Positions 1-9,294 of a DNA stretch of 64,000 nucleotides are shown here, one piece after another. A program made the position numbers and the translations under genes. A model generated the notes under the pieces. That model worked only from the letters and a program-made list of their open reading frames with translations, was not told the DNA's origin and made no database searches. This DNA comes from Phycisphaerae bacterium. GTDB taxonomy: Bacteria > Planctomycetota > Phycisphaerae > UBA1845. Each line of letters begins with the position of its first letter. Within the stretch, counting starts at the first letter, position 1. Location of the stretch: assembly GCA_029260215.1 (NCBI GenBank), contig JAJDDQ010000078.1, positions 1 to 64,000 on the forward strand. Reading direction: 5' to 3'.

Positions 1-1
1 G

Positions 2-178
2 TCGGAGGCGGCTAACCGTATCGCGTACCGCGCGGTTCAGGTTCACGGCGGGTCGGGCTATGTGAAGGAATGTCGCGTCGAGCAACTCTTCCGCGACGCG
101 CGCATCACGACCATCTACGAAGGCACGAGCGAGATTCAGCGATACGTGATCGCGAAAGAACTGCTCAAGAACGGGTAG
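2..178 (+). CDS. acyl-CoA dehydrogenase, C-terminal fragment (5' part lies outside the window)
   Basis: Frame 2 translates to ...[49 protein letters not shown], the typical ACAD C-terminal helix domain (GGxGY...EGT.EIQR). Stop codon TAG is at 176-178. Confidence 0.7.
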   Translation, partial: SEAANRIAYRAVQVHGGSGYVKECRVEQLFRDARITTIYEGTSEIQRYVIAKELLKNG

Positions 179-314
179 TGGTTTGGGTCCGGCTGCGTCC
201 TTGATCCTGAAATAACACGTGCCGGGCGTGCCCGACGTTTGTCATTATATTACCCGTTCGGGAACGCGGGTGGCCGCCTTGTCGTTTTACTCTTTCTCCG
301 GACACGTCCCCGAT

Positions 315-1520
315 ATGCCAAGCCACAGTGATCAACGAAGCAGCTCCGGATCACTCCAGTGCTGCCCCGTCTGCGATTACGATCTCACCGGCTTGCCGGA
401 GGCGTATGCGTGCCCGGAGTGTGCGTTTGAGTACGAGCCCAGCATTCGCGTCATCAACGAGCGACGCATTAACCCTTGGTTGCGCGGGATATTCGCGATC
501 ATCACGCTTGCATTAGGCGTGGGCGCAGTGCGCGGCGGATTCCTATGGTTCGAGAGATCAGGGCACTCCGATTACGTTGGCGTATTGGTAGCTGTGGCGG
601 GTGCAAGCATCATGTTGATTGCGGTTATCCTTGCGTTTCAGGCGTATCGACGTCTCAAACGCCAAACTGGCAAGATTGTCTTGACGTGCGCGCAGATCGT
701 TTACGTAGACTTTTTCGGAAACACGAAATCAGCTATTTGGCGCGACACTTCAAGCGTGACACTGACTGGTTCGGAAACACGTGTGTCGGTCGTTGATCGA
801 TCCGGGCACAACATATTCGTGGTCCCAACCGAGTTCTTCGGCTCCCCGCGCAAAGCGATGGAATGCGTAGCCGAAATCAGAGCGTTCTGGTACGAACACT
901 TTATCCTTCGGCCCGATGCGCCCCACGGAAGAATAGTTCTGTCTGATGACGGAGCATCGAATTCGAGAGCAATGTGCAAAGACGAGCAAATCGAGCGGTG
1001 CCCGATTTGCTCGTATATCCTTAAGGATCTGCCGCAACCGCCGACCTGTCCCGAATGCGGACTGCAATGTGGCATAAGGCTACTTGTGTTTGGCGGTGAG
1101 CGCGCTCGTTCCTTGACTGAGCCAATCATTGGGATTGGCTACGCGATCATCGCCATCTTTGCCGGGACGACCGTAGGATTCGGCAAGCCCCTAACATGGA
1201 TCTTTGCGGTGTTCGCGGCGACTACGTTGCGCAAAGTCTACCTTGCGCACCGCTACAGCACCACGAAAATTGCGATGTCGGCCACGGGATTCGTCGCAAC
1301 ATTGGCCGACCGCAGTGTCGTGCGATTGTCCTGGGATGCCTTCGGTGATGCCGGTTTCGATCACTATCCCTTCAACTCAGGACGGGTTGTTGTCCGTCGA
1401 CGTGACGGAGTGAGATTCCTTTCGATAGCATCGCACGTGTTTGCGGGTCTTCCGCATAAATACGAATTTGTAATGATGACCCGAGCCTATCGGTCCGTCT
1501 TTGCGAACTCGAAATTGTGA
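315..1520 (+). CDS. membrane protein with two repeated modules: Zn-ribbon (CPVCDYDLTGL...CPECAFEY), TM hairpin, then a soluble beta-rich domain
   Basis: ORF track 219..1520, with an ATG at 315 giving MPSHSD...; an alternative start is the GTG at 219. Two CxxC-x12-15-CPEC modules lie at aa ~50 and ~265, with hydrophobic stretches after each. This internal duplication is mirrored in the downstream paralog. Confidence 0.6.
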   Translation: MPSHSDQRSSSGSLQCCPVCDYDLTGLPEAYACPECAFEYEPSIRVINERRINPWLRGIFAIITLALGVGAVRGGFLWFERSGHSDYVGVLVAVAGASIMLIAVILAFQAYRRLKRQTGKIVLTCAQIVYVDFFGNTKSAIWRDTSSVTLTGSETRVSVVDRSGHNIFVVPTEFFGSPRKAMECVAEIRAFWYEHFILRPDAPHGRIVLSDDGASNSRAMCKDEQIERCPICSYILKDLPQPPTCPECGLQCGIRLLVFGGERARSLTEPIIGIGYAIIAIFAGTTVGFGKPLTWIFAVFAATTLRKVYLAHRYSTTKIAMSATGFVATLADRSVVRLSWDAFGDAGFDHYPFNSGRVVVRRRDGVRFLSIASHVFAGLPHKYEFVMMTRAYRSVFANSKL

Positions 1521-1662
1521 GACGACGGTTTCACAAAGACGGAAGATTCAGCATTGAGGTGGCCAACAGATATTGTGCCGAAAAACGCACTACTCGATCA
1601 GCGGTGATCCGGTGACCACCAAAACTTGACGATGCGTTGTGCGGCAGCGATGTTGCGCAATC

Positions 1663-2808
1663 ATGAGCGGTTTGATGAACGATTCCGGTAAATCCCTTGG
1701 TGGCCCCACGCGCTGCCCCGTCTGCGATTACGATCTTACCGGCTTGGCGGATGTTCACAGGTGCCCGAAATGCGGCCTGCATCTTGACATGGAAGTGCTT
1801 GTCTGTGAAGGCAAGTTTCCTTTTTCAGTGCCGTTCTATCTTTCCTGTCTTGTGCTTGTTGTGACTGGCTGGCTTTTGTTCGACAGGTACTACCTGAATG
1901 GCACGGGTAGGCTCATCGGATTCCGCGACTTGTTTGTTTGGGGTCCGCTCGGCGCGATGGGCATTTTCATCTACGGAATCTCCAGGGAACTCGCTTGGCG
2001 CTCCGTGAAAATCGTCTTGTCTTCTTCCGAATTGCTGCTGGTGAATCGAAATGGTAAATCGAGGAGAGTAAATCTGTCCGACATCTTCCAAATATTTCCC
2101 TATTCTTGGATGCCGTATGTTAGGGTTCAGGGACATTTCGGACAGACGATCATGATGCTGCCTCCCTTCGCTTCGGGAAATTATTCAGAATTTCTGCGCA
2201 CAGCCGACCGCCGTGTGAATGCGCTGCGCAACGCGAGCGCCCGCTGCCATGTATGCGGGTACAACTTGTCAGGCCTGCCGGAAGCATATACCTGCCCGGA
2301 GTGTGCGTTTGAGTACGATCCGAGCGTTAGTGTCATCGATGAGCAACATTTCTCTTTCTGGTCATATGGTGTGTTCGGAGCAGCAACACTAATCGTAGGC
2401 CTGACGTTGGCTGGACCGAGAATCCAAAGCCTTCGTTTCGGTTCCGGCGGCGGGTCCGAGATTGCGCTCTTCATCGCGGGAACGGCGATCATTTGGATTT
2501 CGATCACACGAATGTTCCGAGCGTATCGGCAAATATCGCGTCACAAGGCGAAAATCGTCCTAACCACGACGGGCGTCACGTACGTAGCCCCCTTTGGCGA
2601 AGCGAAGACGACGACGTGGGGCGACATAGCACGTATCGACTTGATCAGCCTTGGGCGCGGGATACGGGTCGTCGATCAAGCCGGGCGATTCGTCTTCATC
2701 GTTCGGCCAAGCTTCTTCTCTTCCGTACACGGTGCGTCAGTATTCGCATCGGAAGCAAGAACGCTTATGCAAGCCGGTCGCGATGGACCCGATCCTCCAA
2801 ACACGTAG
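1663..2808 (+). CDS. paralog of the upstream gene: double Zn-ribbon/TM/soluble-domain membrane protein
   Basis: ORF 1639..2808; the ATG at 1663 (MSGLMNDSGKSLGGPTRCPVCDYDLTGLADVHRCPKCG) is placed by analogy with the upstream gene. The second module reads CHVCGYNLSGLPEAYTCPECAFEYDPSVSVIDE. The KIVL(T/S)...V-Y-V-PFG blocks are repeated as well. Confidence 0.6.
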   Translation: MSGLMNDSGKSLGGPTRCPVCDYDLTGLADVHRCPKCGLHLDMEVLVCEGKFPFSVPFYLSCLVLVVTGWLLFDRYYLNGTGRLIGFRDLFVWGPLGAMGIFIYGISRELAWRSVKIVLSSSELLLVNRNGKSRRVNLSDIFQIFPYSWMPYVRVQGHFGQTIMMLPPFASGNYSEFLRTADRRVNALRNASARCHVCGYNLSGLPEAYTCPECAFEYDPSVSVIDEQHFSFWSYGVFGAATLIVGLTLAGPRIQSLRFGSGGGSEIALFIAGTAIIWISITRMFRAYRQISRHKAKIVLTTTGVTYVAPFGEAKTTTWGDIARIDLISLGRGIRVVDQAGRFVFIVRPSFFSSVHGASVFASEARTLMQAGRDGPDPPNT

Positions 2809-2870
2809 AATGTCAGCATAACGAAACCGCTTCGTCAGGCAGACTTGTACATCCGAATCGGAGAAACGAA

Positions 2871-4775
2871 TTGAAGGCTACAGGAATCATACTCATCTTT
2901 TCGCTGGCGATGATGGCTGGCTGCGCCTCGACGGGGCAGCACGTGACGAAACACTCCTGGCCCGTGCCGAAATACGACGCGCGGACTTTTTTCGAAACGA
3001 CCAGCCTGGGCGGAGCGTCGTTTTCGCACGATGAATCGCGCATCCTCATGTCCAGCGACGCGACGGGCGTGTTCAACGTCTACAGCCAACCGGCGACCGG
3101 TGGCGAGCCGACCATGCTGACCAACTCGGCCAGCGAATCGCTGTTCGCCGTGCGTTATTTTCCGGACGACGACCGTGTGCTCTATCGGGCTGACAAGGGC
3201 GGCAACGAGCGCACGCACGTTTACGTGCGCGAGGTCGACGGCTCGGTTCGTGATCTCACACCGGGCGATGAAGTGCGTGCGAGCTTCGCCGGCTTCTCCG
3301 AAGATCGTAAATCCTTCTGGATCACGACCAACGAACGCGATCCCAAGCATATGGACCTGTACCGCTTCGCGACCGACGGCTACGCGAGAGAGCTGGTATT
3401 TACCAACCTCGAAGGCTGGGATGTTTCCGACGTTAGCCGCGACGGTCGATGGATCGCACTGACCAAGGTACGCACCAACGCCGACAATGATGTCTTCGTC
3501 TGGGACACGACCAATCCCGAGGCGGAACCCGTACTGGTCACGTCGCACGAAGGCAACGTCAACCACGGCGTGCTCACGTTCACGCCTGACGGGGCGGAAC
3601 TTTACTACACAACCGACGAGCACGGCGAATTCGCACAGGCGTGGTCGGTGTCGCTCGAAGATCGATCGCACAAGCTCGTCGTGCAGGCCAACTGGGACGT
3701 GTCCAACGTGACGTTTTCGGAGAAGGGCCGATACCGCGTGACGGCGACCAACGAGGATGCGAAGACTGTCGTGCGGATTTTCGACACACGCACGAATCGC
3801 AATGTACGCCTGCCGCAGTTGCCCGCGGGTGAGATTCAGAACGTGCGTTTCTCGCCGAGCGATTCGAAGATGGCCTTCTATGCAAGCAGCGATCGTTCAC
3901 CGCCGAATCTGTATGTGCTGGACATGAACTCGGGTGGTTTCCAACGGCTGACCGATTCGATCAACCCGGCCATCAAGTCGAGTCATCTGGTCGACGGGGT
4001 TGTTGTGCGTTATCAGAGTTTCGACGGTCTGGAGATTCCCGCCCTGTTGTATCGTCCGCGCGGCTCATCGGGCGAGAACAAAGCTCCGGGGCTGGTGTGG
4101 GTTCACGGCGGACCTGGCGGGCAGAGTCGCCTTCGATACAACGCGGCGCTGCAGCATCTCGTCAATCACGGCTACGCGGTGTTGGCTGTCAACAATCGCG
4201 GATCGAGCGGTTACGGCAAGACGTTTTTCCACCTCGACGATCGCCGCCACGGCGAGGACGATCTTCAGGATTGCATCTGGGGTCGGCGGTATCTGGAATC
4301 GCTGGACTGGATCGACGGTGACAGCATCGGAATCTTCGGAGGCAGCTACGGCGGGTTCATGGTGGCGGCTGCCCTGACGCTGGAGCCGGAGGCGTTCGAT
4401 GCGGGCGTCAACATTTTCGGCGTGACCAACTGGGTTCGCACGCTGACGAGCATCCCGCCTTGGTGGGAGTCGTTTCGCGAGATGCTTTACGCGGAGATGG
4501 GCGATCCCGAAACCGACGGCGAACGACTCCACCGGATTTCGCCTTTGTTTCACGCTTCGAATATCACCAAGCCGCTGCTCGTCGTTCAGGGTGCGAAAGA
4601 CCCACGCGTGCTGCCGGTCGAAAGCGACGAACTGGTAGCCGCCGCCCGCAAGAACGGCACGCCGGTCGAGTACGTCCTGTTCCCCGACGAGGGCCACGGG
4701 TTCCGCAAGCGCGAGAATCGCATTACGGCTTCGGAGGCGTATGTCCGGTTTCTGGATAAGTATCTGCGCGACTGA
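2871..4775 (+). CDS. S9 family serine peptidase (prolyl oligopeptidase / dipeptidyl aminopeptidase-like) lipoprotein with N-terminal beta-propeller
   Basis: Catalytic motifs are present: GGSYGGFM (the GxSxGG nucleophile elbow), WVHGGPGGQ and DEGHGF. The TTG start at 2871 is preceded by GGAG and gives MKATGIILIFSLAMMAGC, a signal peptide with a lipobox. It is in frame with track ORF 2493..4775. Confidence 0.8.
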   Translation: MKATGIILIFSLAMMAGCASTGQHVTKHSWPVPKYDARTFFETTSLGGASFSHDESRILMSSDATGVFNVYSQPATGGEPTMLTNSASESLFAVRYFPDDDRVLYRADKGGNERTHVYVREVDGSVRDLTPGDEVRASFAGFSEDRKSFWITTNERDPKHMDLYRFATDGYARELVFTNLEGWDVSDVSRDGRWIALTKVRTNADNDVFVWDTTNPEAEPVLVTSHEGNVNHGVLTFTPDGAELYYTTDEHGEFAQAWSVSLEDRSHKLVVQANWDVSNVTFSEKGRYRVTATNEDAKTVVRIFDTRTNRNVRLPQLPAGEIQNVRFSPSDSKMAFYASSDRSPPNLYVLDMNSGGFQRLTDSINPAIKSSHLVDGVVVRYQSFDGLEIPALLYRPRGSSGENKAPGLVWVHGGPGGQSRLRYNAALQHLVNHGYAVLAVNNRGSSGYGKTFFHLDDRRHGEDDLQDCIWGRRYLESLDWIDGDSIGIFGGSYGGFMVAAALTLEPEAFDAGVNIFGVTNWVRTLTSIPPWWESFREMLYAEMGDPETDGERLHRISPLFHASNITKPLLVVQGAKDPRVLPVESDELVAAARKNGTPVEYVLFPDEGHGFRKRENRITASEAYVRFLDKYLRD

Positions 4776-4794
4776 CGCTCGGTTGGTGCCGAAT

Positions 4795-6705
4795 TTATTC
4801 GCTGTCGCCGAAGAGTTCCGCCGCGTCGAGCTTCTTGAACAGGAGTTGGGCTTGTCCCAGGGGGGCGCCGTCTTTGAGCGGCTGCGTGGCGACATCCCAG
4901 CTTAGTCCGTCCGCGCCCAGATTGAACATTTGCAGACACTTGGCAGCGCTGTGCGGCAGGAAGGGAGCCATCAGTGTGGTTAATGTGCGTGCGGTTTGTA
5001 GGCAGACATTCACCGCTCGACCGCAGGCGTCCATGTCGGTCTTGCGGGATTTGAACGGCGCGGTGGTGTCGAAGTAGCCGTTGCCGTCGCGGGCCAGTTG
5101 CATCACACGCGCCAACGCGGATTTGAAACGGAACGCCTCCAGCTCAGCGGCTGTTTCATCGGCTGCGCTTTTACAGCGGGCCAACTGCTCGTTGTCCACG
5201 GCGTCGCGTTCGCCGGCGGGCGGCACTTTTCCGTCGAAGTATTTGTGTGCGAATGTGATCGAGCGATTGAAGAAGTTCCCCAGAGCAGCCAGCAATTCGC
5301 CGTTGTTTCGTGTGATGAAGTCGTCGAGGTCGAACACTGTGCGTTGCGTTTCCGGTGCGATGGCCGTCAGGTAATACCGCAGCGGGTCAGGGTCGAACGA
5401 TTTGAGATAGTCCTCGATCCAGACGGCTGTCCCGCGCGATTTGCTGATCTTCTCCTCGTCCTTGCCCGGAAATTTGATGTTCAAAAACGCGTTGGCCACC
5501 ACGTTGGACGGGAGTTGGTACTCGCCGGTTTCGCCCTGAAGCGAATCGCTGTCGTGCGTGGCCAGCATCATGGCTGGGAAGGTCAGCGCATGAAAGACGG
5601 TGTTGTCCTCGCCGATGAAATTCACCACCTTGCAATCGGGGTTCTTCCACCACTTCTCATACGATTCCCAGCCCTCGCCAAGCTGCTCGCACAGTTTGGC
5701 TGTAAAGGAAATGTATCCGATGGGCGCGTCGAACCAGACGTAGAGCACCTTGCCCGTCGCGTCGGGATCCTCCAGCGGCACGGGCACGCCCCAATCCAAG
5801 TCACGCGTCATCGCCCGATCGGGCAGGCCGCCCGCGATTTCGTGCGCGACACCTGCTTCCCTAAGCATTTCGACGGCCCGTTCCCGTTCGGTGCGCGTTT
5901 CGAACGTCAAACGCAGGTGCAGCTTGTCGTCGCCGAGCGATTGACCCTTGTGCGGAGGCAGTTTCGCATGCACGTCAGCCACCTGCTCAGCCGACGCAAA
6001 GCGCACATCAACTGCCGGAATCATTTGGCCTAGTGTGAAGTTGATGACCGTCGAGCGCCAGGTTTCCTTCTTGCTCTCAAGCCAACTGCGAAGCTGATCC
6101 TCCAGTCGATCGAGACGTAAATACCAATGAATCGTCTCGCGCGGTTCCGGCTTGGTGCCGCTCATGGCGCTGACCGGATTGACAAGTTCGAGCGCGTCGA
6201 GACTCTTGCCGCAACCCTCGCACTGATCGCCGAACGCATTCGGGCTGTCGCAATGCGGGCAGGTGCCCTTGACGAATCGGTCGGGGAGAAATTGCCCGGC
6301 TTCGGTGTCGTAAAGCTGCTTCGTGGTTCGTTTGGTGAAGAAGCCCTTCTCGTGAATTTTGAGGAAGAAATCCTGGCTGATGCGTTCGTGCATCTCGACG
6401 AAGTCCGGCTGATGCGTTCCGCCGTAAATGTCGAACTCAATACCCAGCCCGGCGAAGCTGTCCCGTTGCGAGGCGTTGAAGCTCGCGGTGAGTTCCTCGA
6501 CGGATCGCCCCTGCTCGCGGGCGGTTTTGACGGCTGCTACCCCGTTGTCATCGCTGCCGCAGATGAAGCGTACGTCGGCACCGGTAGCCCGCAGATATCG
6601 GATGTAGATGTCGGCGGGGAGGTAGGCTCCTGCGATGTGCCCGACGTGCAGTTTTCCGTTGGAATAGGGCAATCCCGATGTAATCAGATACCGGCGTGTT
6701 GTCAT
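4795..6705 (-). CDS. metG: methionyl-tRNA synthetase
   Basis: HIGH motif (KLHVGH), KMSKS motif (KISKSRG) and zinc-knuckle cysteines (CPHCDSPNAFGDQCEGCG) are present. The start is moved to MTTRRYLITSGLPY (6705) within track ORF 4795..6771. Confidence 0.9.
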   Translation of the reverse strand: MTTRRYLITSGLPYSNGKLHVGHIAGAYLPADIYIRYLRATGADVRFICGSDDNGVAAVKTAREQGRSVEELTASFNASQRDSFAGLGIEFDIYGGTHQPDFVEMHERISQDFFLKIHEKGFFTKRTTKQLYDTEAGQFLPDRFVKGTCPHCDSPNAFGDQCEGCGKSLDALELVNPVSAMSGTKPEPRETIHWYLRLDRLEDQLRSWLESKKETWRSTVINFTLGQMIPAVDVRFASAEQVADVHAKLPPHKGQSLGDDKLHLRLTFETRTERERAVEMLREAGVAHEIAGGLPDRAMTRDLDWGVPVPLEDPDATGKVLYVWFDAPIGYISFTAKLCEQLGEGWESYEKWWKNPDCKVVNFIGEDNTVFHALTFPAMMLATHDSDSLQGETGEYQLPSNVVANAFLNIKFPGKDEEKISKSRGTAVWIEDYLKSFDPDPLRYYLTAIAPETQRTVFDLDDFITRNNGELLAALGNFFNRSITFAHKYFDGKVPPAGERDAVDNEQLARCKSAADETAAELEAFRFKSALARVMQLARDGNGYFDTTAPFKSRKTDMDACGRAVNVCLQTARTLTTLMAPFLPHSAAKCLQMFNLGADGLSWDVATQPLKDGAPLGQAQLLFKKLDAAELFGDSE

Positions 6706-6962
6706 AGCGTGGGTCGTTCCGTCCTTTCCAATTGCGGTGGGAGAGATTCTATCCCCATCGCGAAACGCCACAACCGCACGTTACCCACGCGCCCGCAGCG
6801 CATGAGAAAAAGGGGGCTGTCGGGTGCCCCGCCTCTTTAGAGGTGGGGAAGTCGAATGGTTCTTGGATTTGACTTTCCCGCGGCTAAAGCCGTGGGGCAC
6901 CCAATTCTTCAATTGAGTCGTGAGAATGCACCAGCCATACGCCCGAATCACATGAGAAAAAA

Positions 6963-6985
6963 GGGCCGGCTGCCAAAGCCGACCC
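6963..6985 (-). terminator. rho-independent terminator-like hairpin downstream of the flotillin operon (minus strand), flanked by a T-run on the minus strand (A-run 6955-6962 on plus)
   Basis: GGGCCGGCT-GCCAA-AGCCGACCC is an 8/9-bp stem. On the minus strand it is followed by TTTTTTCTC. A second similar module (CATGAGAAAAAGGGGGC...GCCCC) lies at 6801-6833. Confidence 0.5.
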
Positions 6986-7023
6986 CCTTCGTGTGGTCTT
7001 TTTCGCAATTGCCAAGCGGGCGG

Positions 7024-8364
7024 CTACGCGGTCGCGCTGGAACCGGCCTCGGGTTTTGCCCCGGGTGACGATCGATTGTTGGCGATCGTCTGCATCAGCT
7101 CCCGCAAGTCGAGGCCCAGCACCGATTCGACCGTGCCCAGCGATTCCGCGAGCATGCGCGCCCGACCCAAAGCCGCGTTCGCGATAGACGACCCGCTCCC
7201 GCCGTCGAAGACGGTGATGTCGCCAAGTTCGACATTCTTAATGGTGCTCGCCAACTCCTGAACCACGCTGGGCATCATCTCTGCCAGCATGACCTTGAGC
7301 GCTTCGGGATGGGCTTCAATCGCTTTACCAATCTGCTCGATGGAGGCGGCACGGGCTTTGCCTTCTTCCTCAACCATCGCAGCCGCACCTTCCGCGTTTG
7401 CTTTGGCCACGTCGCGTTCGGCGTTGGCTCTTACAACGTCGGTGGCGAGCAGGCGAGCCTCTTCGGCGATGGCTGCCGCCTTGTTGCGTTCGGTCTCTTT
7501 TAGGGACGCCTCACGAGCCAATTCCGCCTTGCGAATACGCAGCTCGTTATCGGACTCGGCGATGGCTTTGTCGGCGGACAGGCGTGCCTGTTCTGCACGC
7601 TGACGACTCATCGACTCCGCCTCTTTCGCATCCGCGTCGCGCTCGGCCTGTGCTTGTCGCGAGGACGCGTCGGCTTCAGCCTCTTTGATGTCAGCCTCAG
7701 CCTTCCGTTGTGCCTCCCACTGCCGCGCGGTGGCGCGTACCGCAGCGGATGCCTTGCGGGCAATGGATTCGAGGTATTCATCTTCGTCATGCACGTTTTG
7801 AATGTTGACGCTGTCGATCACCAATCCGAGCTTGCGAAAATCATCGTTCACCTCGTTCATGACGGTGGCTACGAATTTGTCACGGTCCTCGACGATTTCT
7901 TCGGGCGTCATCTTGCCGATCACGGCGCGTATGCCACCCTCAAGCGTCTCGCGCGCGACGAGCTTCATCTCGTCCTGCGGCTGGCCCAGGAACCGCTCGA
8001 TGGCGTTTCCGCGAACTTCAGGTTCCGACGAAACCTTGACGTTGGCCACCCCCGTTACGGTTACGGGAATCATCTTACCGCCGCCGGACTGAGCTTTGAC
8101 TTCCAAGCCAACTTGCATGTTCCGCAGGCTGACGCGGGCGACTTGCTCGATGATCGGGATAACCAACGTTCTCCCGCCGATCAAGGTCCGATAGCCGACG
8201 CCCTCGCTCGAGCGTTTTCCGCTGATGACCAGCAGTTCGCTGGGATCCCCGACCACCATGATCTTTGCGACCAGCACCGCGAACGCGACAATGATAAACA
8301 GAATACCACCGCCGATCATCATGACGGCCTCAGTGTTCATCTGTGCGATCATCAAATTATTCAT
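7024..8364 (-). CDS. flotillin / SPFH (band 7) domain protein
   Basis: An N-terminal TM segment is followed by an SPFH domain (…VISGKRSSEGVGYRTLIGGRTLVIPIIEQV…) and a long Ala/Glu/Arg-rich coiled coil, as in YqiK/FloA-like flotillins. Confidence 0.85.
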   Translation of the reverse strand: MNNLMIAQMNTEAVMMIGGGILFIIVAFAVLVAKIMVVGDPSELLVISGKRSSEGVGYRTLIGGRTLVIPIIEQVARVSLRNMQVGLEVKAQSGGGKMIPVTVTGVANVKVSSEPEVRGNAIERFLGQPQDEMKLVARETLEGGIRAVIGKMTPEEIVEDRDKFVATVMNEVNDDFRKLGLVIDSVNIQNVHDEDEYLESIARKASAAVRATARQWEAQRKAEADIKEAEADASSRQAQAERDADAKEAESMSRQRAEQARLSADKAIAESDNELRIRKAELAREASLKETERNKAAAIAEEARLLATDVVRANAERDVAKANAEGAAAMVEEEGKARAASIEQIGKAIEAHPEALKVMLAEMMPSVVQELASTIKNVELGDITVFDGGSGSSIANAALGRARMLAESLGTVESVLGLDLRELMQTIANNRSSPGAKPEAGSSATA

Positions 8365-9067
8365 CGCTTCCTCCTGTTTTGGAATTCGTTAGGAATTCGT
8401 ATTCGCGCCGCGACACGACCTCAGCCGTGCCGTTGTGGAACCCGACGATCACGACGCTGTCCGCGACCTCGAATGTGTCGTCTGGGCGTTTGGATTTCGC
8501 AGGCACAAAGCGTTCAACACCCTTAACATGAACCGCCACCTCGCCGCGCTGAGGCGGACGGACCGCCAACGTCACCCGCGCGATTTTCCTGAGGAAGTCG
8601 TGCTTGAGCGCCTGCGTGTTGCCGCTCGATCGACGCAGCGAATTGAGCGCCTGGTGAGCGCCCTGTCCGATAACCAAGCCGCCCAGGACAGCCCAAGCCG
8701 CCACAGCCAACTCGCTCATGTCAGTCAGGAACGTCAAAACCGTTCCCACCAGCCCGCAAGCCGCAGCGAAATACACCATGAACTGCATCGAGAACCAGTT
8801 GGACAGCGACAGCCACGATGCGTGCTCACCGGCGGCACCGAGCGCATCGCCATCAATGTCTGCGTCCAGATCCGCGTCGAAATCGATGTCTGCATCAAAG
8901 TCAACGTCAACCTCGACATCCAGCCCGGCGTCGCTGTCACCGCCGAAGAGCGTCGAAATGACCAGAAGCCCGCCGCCGACAATGAGAAGGATCGAGTAGC
9001 CAGCCCCCATCGTGGACATGGCTGGTATCGCCGCGACAAGTGCTTCAACCGTATGTACATTCCACAT
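8357..9067 (-). CDS. NfeD/YqiJ-like membrane protein, the partner of flotillin, with an acidic D-x repeat
   Basis: It overlaps the flotillin start by 8 nt, the usual operon partner arrangement. Hydrophobic N-terminal half is followed by a C-terminal OB-fold-like region. Start moved to MWNVHTV (9067) inside track ORF 8357..9334. It carries an unusual DVEVDVDFDADIDFDADLDADIDGD tract. Confidence 0.6.
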   Translation of the reverse strand: MWNVHTVEALVAAIPAMSTMGAGYSILLIVGGGLLVISTLFGGDSDAGLDVEVDVDFDADIDFDADLDADIDGDALGAAGEHASWLSLSNWFSMQFMVYFAAACGLVGTVLTFLTDMSELAVAAWAVLGGLVIGQGAHQALNSLRRSSGNTQALKHDFLRKIARVTLAVRPPQRGEVAVHVKGVERFVPAKSKRPDDTFEVADSVVIVGFHNGTAEVVSRREYEFLTNSKTGGSDE

Positions 9068-9294
9068 AGCTTTGTCTCCCCGTACGCGCATGTTCCTCGG
9101 AAGCGCGTGTGACCTGCTTCTAATGTACCTCACCACGGAAAAGCCGCCATTACAATCGCCCACCGGTTTCCGAATCGGGAAAATTGTAAGATTATGCACG
9201 AAACGGAGTTTAACGCTGCGGAGTCGCATGTGCGTCCGGAACGCGTTCTTGCTACAATGCCGTCGGACACGATAATCAACATCGGAGACTGGAT

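Noticed and set aside
2835-3671. Long antisense ORFs overlapping confident genes. Examples are 2835-3671(-), 5098-6033(+), 9331-10542(-), 26003-27598(-), 59653-60822(+), 33881-34729(-) and 36062-36859(+).
   Set aside because: They lie opposite well-supported genes with clear motifs. High-GC genomes generate long stop-free shadow frames. Their translations are Arg/Pro/Gly/Ala-rich and low-complexity with no motifs.
9068-9294. FMN riboswitch (RFN element) expected upstream of ribBA.
   Set aside because: The spacer lacks the conserved RFN blocks (GGGGCAGGGTGAAATTCCC…GGATGGGAGA). Nothing resembling the element was found by eye, though a covariance-model search would be definitive.
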